From positions 12,552 through 76,551 of the forward strand of contig DAONET010000004.1 of NCBI GenBank assembly GCA_035403225.1: a stretch of 64,000 nucleotides of DNA, read 5' to 3'. Shown here piece after piece: positions 18,684 to 26,643 of this stretch. The notes beneath the pieces are model-generated. The model made no database searches. It saw only the letters and a program-made list of their open reading frames with translations, and was not told the DNA's origin. Source of the stretch: Bacteroidales bacterium. Lineage in GTDB: Bacteria > Bacteroidota > Bacteroidia > Bacteroidales > FEN-979. The translations under genes and the position numbers were made by a program. How positions within the stretch are numbered: position 1 is the first letter of the stretch; every line of letters begins with the position of its first letter.

Positions 18684-20168
18684 TTACTTCGTAACAGAGA
18701 ATTTCGTAACGGTCTTTCCATCGGCATTTTGCAGGACAAGATAATACAGTCCTCTGGAAAGATTGAGATCCAGGGTGCGGGTTTCTTTACCATTGATCAC
18801 GAGTCCGCTTTCTTCATAGACCAGTTTTCCGACCATATCAAAAATCCTGAGGTCAGAACGGAGACTGTTCTGTCCGTTCATCACAACCGTGAAGTATCCG
18901 TTGTTGGGATTCGGATAAACAGCAGCAGTGAAGTGGTTGGCCGGATTATCGATGCCGGTGCAGGTTTCGAAATAGATGTCATGAGAAATCGTCTGCTCGC
19001 AACCATCAGAGGTGGTGATGGTAACATCGAAGGTGTGAGCGCCGGTGCCATAAGTGTTACCGGCGACGGTAATGGAGGCGGTAGTATCACCGGTCGACCA
19101 GAGGTAAGAGGTTGCATTGGCCGTAGTGGCATCGAGGGTAATGGGCTCGTACCAGCAGGTGGTGTCACCGGGGTTGGAGGTAACATTCACCACGGGGCCG
19201 ACCTGGATCAACATCGTCTTAACGATGGTGTCCATCTGTCCGCCACGGTTCACGATCAGGGTAACATCGTGGGGACCGCAATGAGTGTACCGGGCAGTCA
19301 GGTTAGTATCGGTGGAATAAGAAGGAATTGCGCCGGGAGTCAGCCATTCGTATGATTGAGGAACACCAATATAACCGCCCATCACCGTACTTGTAAAATG
19401 TACGGTGTCATTGAGGTTGATGGTATTGGCGCTGGCAACAAAGTCGGCTGACAGGTCAATGGCGGCACGCTTGATGCACTGGTGAATTTCTTTTCCGGTA
19501 TTATCCTGAACGAAAACTACAAATTCCAAATCTTCTACAGGCCAAGCAGCGTTAAGGCTGAAGTTCAGGGTAGCAACCATGACGTCACCGGTAAATTCAA
19601 CCGTGGTTCCGTTGGCGTCGGGAACCATCAGCCGGTTGACATGTTCCAGGTGGGACTGCCCCTGCCAGTTCTGCTGGATATTGGATTGGGTCACGCAAAA
19701 CTGAAGCTTCGGGTTGGTGGCAGCCCATTCGGCAGTTTTTACCAGGGTGATAGTGGCGGTATAATCCAGGTCGACGTTGGTGATATCCATGTAAATGTTC
19801 ACATCCGAAGGCTCCTGGATCCGGTTGTTGTATTTCGGCAGGTAGCTGCCGTACATACTTTGAGTGTGACTCCCTCCCTCCACGGATAGAACACCGTCGA
19901 ACTTGGCGGTCGGGAAGGAGTTGATCCCGTAAAAGGTGTTTCTTGCGTTGGAGTAATTGTTGGCATAGCTGTCACCATTGTGATTTTCAACCACCCCGAC
20001 TAATTTTCCGTTTTCAAGCAGGTCATCTGCACCCAAAGCAGCTCCGGGACAATACTGGCACCAGGTACCGGTACCGATTTCCACCGCTACCATCTGACGG
20101 GGCACGGTCTGTCCGAAAGCCAGCGTAACGGAAACCAATAATACCAAAGAGAAGAAAGTTTTTTTCAT
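18684..20168 (-). CDS. T9SS-secreted CxxC thioredoxin-fold (Omp28-related-like) protein with PKD-like and Ig-like modules and a CTD
   Basis: Signal peptide is ...VTLAFG|QT. A W-C-Q-Y-C-P motif sits at residues 36-41 (Cys codons at 20058-20060 and 20049-20051), in an 'EIGTGTWCQYCPGA' context like Omp28-related thioredoxin-fold proteins. A pre-CTD module follows (TLDATTANATSYLWSTGDTTASITV...DGC). The CTD reads VYPNPNNGYFTVVMN...GLYYLVLQ...TKFSVTK. Confidence 0.65.
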   Translation of the reverse strand: MKKTFFSLVLLVSVTLAFGQTVPRQMVAVEIGTGTWCQYCPGAALGADDLLENGKLVGVVENHNGDSYANNYSNARNTFYGINSFPTAKFDGVLSVEGGSHTQSMYGSYLPKYNNRIQEPSDVNIYMDITNVDLDYTATITLVKTAEWAATNPKLQFCVTQSNIQQNWQGQSHLEHVNRLMVPDANGTTVEFTGDVMVATLNFSLNAAWPVEDLEFVVFVQDNTGKEIHQCIKRAAIDLSADFVASANTINLNDTVHFTSTVMGGYIGVPQSYEWLTPGAIPSYSTDTNLTARYTHCGPHDVTLIVNRGGQMDTIVKTMLIQVGPVVNVTSNPGDTTCWYEPITLDATTANATSYLWSTGDTTASITVAGNTYGTGAHTFDVTITTSDGCEQTISHDIYFETCTGIDNPANHFTAAVYPNPNNGYFTVVMNGQNSLRSDLRIFDMVGKLVYEESGLVINGKETRTLDLNLSRGLYYLVLQNADGKTVTKFSVTK

Positions 20169-20209
20169 AATAAGAAAATTAAGAGAATACTAGGTTTGTT
20201 TTCCAGATA

Positions 20210-20217
20210 CAAATGTA
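20210..20217 (-). promoter_or_regulatory. Bacteroidota-type -7 box (TACATTTG on the minus strand)
   Basis: The plus strand reads caaatgta. It lies 42 nt upstream of the ATG at 20168. Confidence 0.42.
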
Positions 20218-20228
20218 ATTAAATATTT

Positions 20229-21365
20229 TTAAACATTTGTGTATGACCCTGCAGGGTGATTTTTGTCCAGTTGGGATAAGGCAAAGGCATAGGCGCCGAC
20301 TGAAACGGCTTTGGAGGTTCCCAGACGTGAAATGCCCAATCCGACCTTTTTCTGTGAGTCATACAGCGCTTTTTTCTCTGAGAAAGGTACCCGGATCTCG
20401 ACGGCCGTCGGTTGAAGGAATGCGGAGAGTTGCTGCGGATCTTCAAGGTTCAGGGTGCTGATTTCAAGGCGGGGCAGGGATCCTCCGTCCGCGGTCAGGA
20501 AGGGCCGGTTCATCTCTTCTGTCATCTTGGGAAGGAACAACGGCCAGGCGCCGGAGAGCCCTCCGCCGATCACCACCAGCCCGTCGATAAGGGTGACGGC
20601 ATTGGCAACGGCATCGGCCGCATCAATGGCAAAACTTTCAAAGGCCTGGACAGCGGCTTGCCGGTTCCCCGGCTTTTCACCCATCCCGATCAGGAAAAGA
20701 TCTTTGGGCTCCGGGACACTGGCCATATTTACTCCGGTCAGGATGGCATAGGCACGGCGGATTCCCCGGATACTAACACTGTCTTCGGCATCAAAGTTTT
20801 TATAAGTCCTGTTCCTCATGCGGTTGATCTCTCCTCCGGCTGAGTTATCGCCAAAAAACAACCCGTCGCGGCTCACAATACCTCCTCCGAACCCGGTACC
20901 CAGGGTCACTCCGATCAGGTTGCGGTATCTTTTCGGATTGCCGGCTTCTTCCAACTTTCGGTTGATCTCGGGCAACAATCCGCCGATGGCTTCTCCATAG
21001 GCAAAGAGGTCTCCATCGTTGTTGATGAAAACAGGAATCCCGAATTGTTCCGAAAGCATCGGTCCCAAGGCAACACCGCCTTTAAACAAAGGCAGGTTCT
21101 GCAAATCGCCGATGATCCCGTTTTCATAATCGGCCGGACCCGGAAACGCAAAACTGATGGCTAGGGGATTGTCAGGCACCTTACTCTTCGCTTGCCTGAA
21201 ACCTTCCGTGATGGTTTTCAGGATGGAATCCAGGCTCTCCCCCTTAGCAGAAAGAATGATCGGCTCAATGATTTCTTCCCCGGCTTGTACGGCTGAAAAA
21301 ACAAAATTCGTTCCTCCTGCATCCAGGGTCAGAACGATCCTGCTATCCTTGGTAAAATTTTCCAT
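20229..21365 (-). CDS. ROK-family sugar kinase (glucokinase-like)
   Basis: An N-terminal ATP-binding motif LTLDAGGTNFVFS and the motifs GVTLGTGFGGGIV and VVIGGGLSGA are present. The start is set to ATG 21365 (MENFTKD...), because the 13-codon track extension would overlap polA. Confidence 0.8.
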   Translation of the reverse strand: MENFTKDSRIVLTLDAGGTNFVFSAVQAGEEIIEPIILSAKGESLDSILKTITEGFRQAKSKVPDNPLAISFAFPGPADYENGIIGDLQNLPLFKGGVALGPMLSEQFGIPVFINNDGDLFAYGEAIGGLLPEINRKLEEAGNPKRYRNLIGVTLGTGFGGGIVSRDGLFFGDNSAGGEINRMRNRTYKNFDAEDSVSIRGIRRAYAILTGVNMASVPEPKDLFLIGMGEKPGNRQAAVQAFESFAIDAADAVANAVTLIDGLVVIGGGLSGAWPLFLPKMTEEMNRPFLTADGGSLPRLEISTLNLEDPQQLSAFLQPTAVEIRVPFSEKKALYDSQKKVGLGISRLGTSKAVSVGAYAFALSQLDKNHPAGSYTNV

Positions 21366-21385
21366 AATAATTGTTTTCAATAAGA

Positions 21386-24142
21386 TCAGTGTGCTTCCAG
21401 CCAATTGGTCCCGGTGTTCATATCAATAATCACCGGTACACTGAGCGGGATGGCTCCGGGCATCTCTTTTAACAATATCTGTTTTAATTCTTCTTCTTCG
21501 GAAAGATGCATATCGAAAACCAATTCGTCGTGCACCTGCAGGATCATCTTCGATCTCATTTTCCGCTTTTCCAATTCATCGTATATACGGATCATGGCGA
21601 TCTTGATCATGTCGGCAGCCGTTCCCTGGATCGGCGCATTGATGGCATTTCGTTCGGCAAAACCCCGTACCGTGGCATTGGAAGAGTTGATGTCACGCAA
21701 ATACCTCCGGCGGTTCATCATGGTCTCAACATAACCTTTCTGGCGGGCCCGGAGAATGGTGTCGTCCATGTATTTCTTCACCCCCGGATACTTCATGAAA
21801 TACTGCTGAATGATGTCGGCCGCTTCCCTCCTTGGGATATTCAATCGTTCGGAGAGACCGAAGGCGGAGATCCCGTAAATGATTCCGAAATTGACGGTCT
21901 TGGCATGTCGCCTCATCTCCTTGCTGACTTCTTCAACAGGAATTCCGTAAATGCGGGAAGCAGTAGCTGCGTGGATATCTTTTCCGCTCCTGAAATCATC
22001 AATCATGGCCTGATCGCCGCTCATATGGGCAATAACGCGGAGTTCGATCTGACTGTAATCGGCCGACAACAGCAGGAAGTTTTCACTTCTTGGCACGAAC
22101 GATTTCCGGATCTCCCGGCCCTTTTCTGTCCGGATCGGGATATTTTGCAGGTTCGGATTGTTGGAACTCAGCCGACCTGTTGAGGCAACGGCCTGGTTGT
22201 ATGAGGTATGGACCCTGCCATCGCGGGGACTGACCAGCGTGGGCAGTACGTCAACATACGTCGATTTGAGCTTCGTCAGTGAACGGTATTCCAGGATCCG
22301 GGCGATGATCGGGTGCTTGTGCTCAAGCTTGACCAACACATCTTCGCTTGTGGAGTATTGTTTGGTGCGGGTTTGTTTGGGCTTCTCGACAATTTTCAAC
22401 CGTTCGAACAACACATCGCCGAGTTGTTTCGGGGAGGCGATGTTGAAGACCATGCCGGCATCCTGATAAATGGCCTGCTCGATGACGTTGATCTCTTTTT
22501 CCAGCTCGAGGGAATAGCCTTTCAGCGTGGGTACATCAATTTTAACCCCCTCCGCTTCCATGGAAGCCAGGACAGGGATTAGCGGGATTTCGATCTTTTC
22601 AAACAATTCCAGGGTTCCGGTGCTTTGCAGTAAGGGCTCAAAAACCCGGCGGAGTTGAAGGGTCACGTCCGCATCTTCCGCGGCATAATCTTTTACCTGC
22701 CCGATGTCCACGGTATTCATGGTGAGCTGACCCTGACCTTTTTTGCCGATCAGTTCTTCAATATGCACCGGCTGGTACCCGAGATAGGTCTCCGACAGCA
22801 GGTCCATATTGTGCCGCATGTCAGGCTGAAGGAGGTAATGAGCGATCATGGTGTCGAACATCGCTCCTTTCACCGTGATATCGTACCAGCGAAGCATCGA
22901 GATATCGAACTTCATGTTCTGACCAGTCTTGCCAATGTTCACGTCCTCGAACACTTCGCGGAATTCATTGACCACCCGGGAAGCTTCATGATAATTCCCG
23001 GGCAGTGGAACATACCATGCTTCGTGAGGGCGGATGGCAAAAGAGAGACCGACGAGTTCGGCAAGACAGGTATCGAGGCCGGTCGTTTCCGTGTCAAAGC
23101 AGAACGACTCCGACGACTTCAGCATCTGGATCAAACCGGCTCTTTTTTCGGGGGTGTCGGCCAGGTGGTAGGTGTGAGGGGTGTTCAGAATATTTTTTCC
23201 GGCAGCGGGGGTAATGGTCTCTTCTTTTTCGAAGAGTGGAAGTACCTCATCTCCAAATGAATAGGTAGAAAGCCAGGTGAACACCCGTTGTCCGAAAGTC
23301 CGGAATTCGAGCTCTTCAAAGAGGGCTTTGAGTTTTTCGTTGTCGGGACGGGTGAGTTTCAGAAATTCTTCATCAAAGCTGACCGGCACATTTAGCATAA
23401 TGGTGGCAAGTTCTTTGGACTGCAGGGCCTGTTCACCGTAAGCGATCACTTTATCGCGCAGTTTATCATTGGCGATAGAGGCAGCGTTGGCTACCAGATT
23501 CTCAACGGATCCGAATTCGGCGATCAGTTTTTTGGCAGTCACTTCTCCTACCCCTGGAATTCCGGGGATGTTATCCGATGCATCACCCCACAGCCCCAGC
23601 AGGTCCTTGATCTGGCCGGGTTCTGAGATGCTGTACTTTTCGCAGATCTCTTTTACCCCCAGGGTTTCCGCTTCGGAACCGAATTTGCCCGGACGGTACA
23701 GGAAGGTTTTGTCACTGACCAACTGCCCGAGGTCTTTATCCGAGGTCATGATGAAGGTCTGGAAATCTCTTTTTTCAGCTTCTTTCGACAAGGTCCCGAT
23801 GATGTCATCGGCTTCATACCCGGCGAGTGCGATCACCGGGATATTGAATGCATCCAGTAAGCTGTGGATGTATGGCAGCGATTTGACCAGGTCTTCCGGG
23901 GTCTCTTCCCGGTGCGCTTTGTAATCGGCAAATCCTTCGTGGCGAAAAGTCGGTGCCATGGAATCGAATGCGACGCCGATATGCGTGGGGCGCTGGTTCC
24001 GGATTACCTCGAACAATGAATTGGCAAAACCCAGAATGGCGGATGTGTTGAGCCCTTTGGAATTGATCCGGGGCGTCTTGTTCAGCGCATAATAAGCCCG
24101 GTAAATCAGGGCCATGGCATCAAGCAAAAACAGTTTTTTCAT
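21386..24142 (-). CDS. polA: DNA polymerase I
   Basis: The 918-aa protein has a 5'-nuclease N-terminus (MKKLFLLDAMALIYRAYYAL, GIPGVGEVTAKKLI), a 3'-5' exonuclease region (FDTETTGLD) and Pol A motifs (LLSADYSQIELRVIAH, KTVNFGIIYGISAFGL, QVHDELVF). Confidence 0.96.
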   Translation of the reverse strand: MKKLFLLDAMALIYRAYYALNKTPRINSKGLNTSAILGFANSLFEVIRNQRPTHIGVAFDSMAPTFRHEGFADYKAHREETPEDLVKSLPYIHSLLDAFNIPVIALAGYEADDIIGTLSKEAEKRDFQTFIMTSDKDLGQLVSDKTFLYRPGKFGSEAETLGVKEICEKYSISEPGQIKDLLGLWGDASDNIPGIPGVGEVTAKKLIAEFGSVENLVANAASIANDKLRDKVIAYGEQALQSKELATIMLNVPVSFDEEFLKLTRPDNEKLKALFEELEFRTFGQRVFTWLSTYSFGDEVLPLFEKEETITPAAGKNILNTPHTYHLADTPEKRAGLIQMLKSSESFCFDTETTGLDTCLAELVGLSFAIRPHEAWYVPLPGNYHEASRVVNEFREVFEDVNIGKTGQNMKFDISMLRWYDITVKGAMFDTMIAHYLLQPDMRHNMDLLSETYLGYQPVHIEELIGKKGQGQLTMNTVDIGQVKDYAAEDADVTLQLRRVFEPLLQSTGTLELFEKIEIPLIPVLASMEAEGVKIDVPTLKGYSLELEKEINVIEQAIYQDAGMVFNIASPKQLGDVLFERLKIVEKPKQTRTKQYSTSEDVLVKLEHKHPIIARILEYRSLTKLKSTYVDVLPTLVSPRDGRVHTSYNQAVASTGRLSSNNPNLQNIPIRTEKGREIRKSFVPRSENFLLLSADYSQIELRVIAHMSGDQAMIDDFRSGKDIHAATASRIYGIPVEEVSKEMRRHAKTVNFGIIYGISAFGLSERLNIPRREAADIIQQYFMKYPGVKKYMDDTILRARQKGYVETMMNRRRYLRDINSSNATVRGFAERNAINAPIQGTAADMIKIAMIRIYDELEKRKMRSKMILQVHDELVFDMHLSEEEELKQILLKEMPGAIPLSVPVIIDMNTGTNWLEAH

Positions 24143-24272
24143 AGACAGCGGTAAAGGTAAAAAAAATACAGGAGGAGTGAAGAGCCAGTATCCAAAGAGA
24201 AAATCTCTTCAATAAACAATTCCTTGTTTATATCTTACCGGATGCCGTTGAAGAAACCCGCGATTACGGGGT

Positions 24273-24280
24273 TACATTTG
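24273..24280 (+). promoter_or_regulatory. Bacteroidota-type -7 box (TACATTTG)
   Basis: It lies 20 nt upstream of the ATG at 24301, in the polA/phoH2 divergent intergenic region. Confidence 0.42.
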
Positions 24281-24300
24281 AGTTACCCGAAACCTTCCGT

Positions 24301-25638
24301 ATGACAACGAAAAAAAGAACAGAAAAGAAGATCTTCGTGCTGGATACTTCCGTTATCCTATACAACCATAGCGCGATACGCTCGTTTGAAGACAATGATG
24401 TTGCCATCCCGATCACAGTACTCGAGGAACTGGACAACTTCAAAAAAGGAAACGACACCATCAATTTTGAGGCCCGGGAATTCATCCGTATTATCGATAA
24501 ACTTTCCGCAAAAAGGGTCACTACGCAATGGACCTCCCTGGGAATGCCCAAGGGCGGACGGTTTAAAGTAGAGCTGAAAGAGCAAAGCGAACTGGATGCC
24601 ATTAAAGTCTTTGGCGAGAATAAACCCGACCACCGGATCCTCAACGCTGCCCTGGTGCTGATGGAGGAGAACCCCGGGAAAAAGGTCGTCCTGGTATCCA
24701 AGGATATCAACTTGCGGCTGAAAGCAAAATCACTGAATATCCACGCCGAAGATTATGAGACAGGGAAGATCAAGGATGTGGAGATGCTCTATTCCGGGAA
24801 AACGGTGGTTGAGGGGATTGAAAAAGGGGTGATCGATTCGATCTATGAAAATAATTTCTGCCTTCCGGAAGACATCGGCGTGACAAACCCTATTCCGAAT
24901 CATTATTTCATTCTGAAAAACGGGAAAAGCTCTGTCCTGGCTTTTTATAATCCGAAGAACGAACGGATCGAAAAGATCGAGAAACATTCCTGTTTCAAGA
25001 TTGTCCCGCGAAATGCTGAACAGGTTTTCGCCCTGCATGCCATCCTGAACCCGGATGTCAAACTGGTGACGCTGCAGGGGATCGCCGGCACCGGGAAGAC
25101 ATTGCTGGCCCTGGCCGGAGCCCTTGAACAAAAGCGGAACTTCAAACAGATCTACCTGGCCCGCCCCATCGTTCCACTCAGCAACAAGGATATCGGCTAC
25201 CTGCCGGGCGACATCAAATCAAAACTCGATCCCTATATGCAACCATTATGGGATAACCTGAAGTTTATTCAGAATCAATATGGGGAGAAAGACAAAGAAT
25301 ACAAGGTGATCACTGATGCCATCGAGCATGAAAAACTGGTCATTACACCATTGGCGTATATCCGCGGACGGAGTATCTCCAACGTCTGTTTTATTGTGGA
25401 TGAAGCCCAGAACCTTACTCCGCACGAGGTGAAGACCATCATCACCCGGGCGGGTGAAAACACCAAGATCATCTTTACAGGAGACATCTACCAGATCGAT
25501 ACTCCCTACCTCGATGCCCAGAGTAACGGTTTGTCTACACTCATCGACAAGATCAAATATCATGAACTCTATGCACACATCCGGTTGGAAAAAGGAGAAC
25601 GGTCGGAACTGGCCAACCTCGCCAACGAGTTGTTGTGA
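24301..25638 (+). CDS. PhoH2-type protein with an N-terminal PIN domain fused to a PhoH-like ATPase
   Basis: A PIN-like N-terminus (KIFVLDTSVILYN...) is followed by a P-loop (GIAGTGKTLLALA) and a PhoH-type C-terminus (FIVDEAQNLTPHEVKTIITRAGENTKIIFTGD). Confidence 0.85.
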   Translation: MTTKKRTEKKIFVLDTSVILYNHSAIRSFEDNDVAIPITVLEELDNFKKGNDTINFEAREFIRIIDKLSAKRVTTQWTSLGMPKGGRFKVELKEQSELDAIKVFGENKPDHRILNAALVLMEENPGKKVVLVSKDINLRLKAKSLNIHAEDYETGKIKDVEMLYSGKTVVEGIEKGVIDSIYENNFCLPEDIGVTNPIPNHYFILKNGKSSVLAFYNPKNERIEKIEKHSCFKIVPRNAEQVFALHAILNPDVKLVTLQGIAGTGKTLLALAGALEQKRNFKQIYLARPIVPLSNKDIGYLPGDIKSKLDPYMQPLWDNLKFIQNQYGEKDKEYKVITDAIEHEKLVITPLAYIRGRSISNVCFIVDEAQNLTPHEVKTIITRAGENTKIIFTGDIYQIDTPYLDAQSNGLSTLIDKIKYHELYAHIRLEKGERSELANLANELL

Positions 25639-25650
25639 CGATCTGCTTTT

Positions 25651-26643
25651 TCAGGGATTGTAAATCACCGTCATCACGGTTTTTCCCACCACTTCAAGGG
25701 TAACGGGATCGATCTTGTCGAGCCGGTCTCCCAGGGTATGCCAATAAGGATAAAAGCCGGTGGAAGAGCTCCGGTCAAGGTGGATCAGATCAATCGTCGG
25801 TATTTTCCTGATCTGGTTGATGGCAATATGATCGTCATTGATGGCTCCGGCATTCTCGAAAATGAAATAGGCGTTGTATCCCAACTGTATGCCCGTATTC
25901 CATACTTTACTGATGACACCCGGAGCAAATTGCGACGAGAAAGTCTCCACACAGAAGGTGGCGTTCCGCGCTCCCACCATATCCAGCAGGATCCCGAAAG
26001 AGGCGTTATAACCGGGTGTATGCGGATTTTTCGCCCAGTATTGAGATCCCTGTCCCCAAAACGACTGGCTGTCCTGACCGGTATCTTCATTTCGCGGAGG
26101 GCCGTAATCTTCGGCATCAAACAGAATGATATCCACACCCACCGGAGGAGGGGCGAGGCTCATCTGTCGGGCGATCTCCATTAAAACACCGACACCGCTG
26201 GCTCCGTCATTGGCTCCGTCAATGGGTTTCCCCCAGTTGGCCTGATCGGGATCATAATCGGCATAAGGCCTTGAATCCCAGTGAGCACATAACAACACCC
26301 GGGTTCCGGTGGATGGCCCGAACGAAGCAATGAGGTTTTTAAATCGCAAAGGAGTACCGTTGTATGCAGCAACAGTGCCTTCCTGTACCGTGAATGACTT
26401 CGTCCATGAGGATAGTTTGGACGAAAGGTACCGCGCGCAATTATCATGGGCTTTGCTATTGACTACCCTTGGACCAAAAGCAACCTGGTCGGAGACATAC
26501 CGGAAGGCGGAATCGGCATTAAAGGGCATCACCTTGAGCCGGGTCTGTTGCTCACCGGATACCTGTTTTTTCTCTTCGCCCTGGTTCCGGCATCCTGCCA
26601 TCACCAGCAGGATCAGCATGACTGGAATAATATTGATTTTCAT
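25651..26643 (-). CDS. M28-fold lipoprotein, a probable glutaminyl-peptide cyclotransferase (glutaminyl cyclase)
   Basis: The start is set to ATG 26643, which gives a lipoprotein signal peptide (MKINIIPVMLILLVMAG|C). Metal-site contexts are typical of animal-type/Bacteroidetes QC (LLCAHWDSRPYADYD, GANDGASGVGVLMEIARQM, VDIILFDAEDYG). Its ATG overlaps the lnt TGA (ATGA). Confidence 0.62.
   Translation of the reverse strand: MKINIIPVMLILLVMAGCRNQGEEKKQVSGEQQTRLKVMPFNADSAFRYVSDQVAFGPRVVNSKAHDNCARYLSSKLSSWTKSFTVQEGTVAAYNGTPLRFKNLIASFGPSTGTRVLLCAHWDSRPYADYDPDQANWGKPIDGANDGASGVGVLMEIARQMSLAPPPVGVDIILFDAEDYGPPRNEDTGQDSQSFWGQGSQYWAKNPHTPGYNASFGILLDMVGARNATFCVETFSSQFAPGVISKVWNTGIQLGYNAYFIFENAGAINDDHIAINQIRKIPTIDLIHLDRSSSTGFYPYWHTLGDRLDKIDPVTLEVVGKTVMTVIYNP

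Noticed and set aside
18557-18793. A 79-codon N-terminal extension of the third C25 gene in the ORF track overlaps the upstream gene by 110 nt.
   Set aside because: The extension contains the upstream gene's hairpin terminator (18630-18667) and a -7 box (18609-18616). Met80 starts a textbook signal peptide, so I used the internal start at 18556.
18486-19355. A 289-aa plus-strand ORF lies antisense to the CxxC cargo gene. Similar long antisense ORFs occur at 26748-27608, 30630-31433, 44961-45785, 60985-61755 and 11866-12507.
   Set aside because: All lie fully inside genes with strong family signatures on the other strand. None has a start-proximal promoter box, and their compositions are low-complexity and G/R/V/D-rich. 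I treat them as shadow ORFs.
21366-21404. A 13-codon extension of the ROK kinase overlaps the 3' end of polA.
   Set aside because: The ATG at 21365 places the conserved DAGGTN ATP-binding motif at the usual distance from the N-terminus and removes the overlap.
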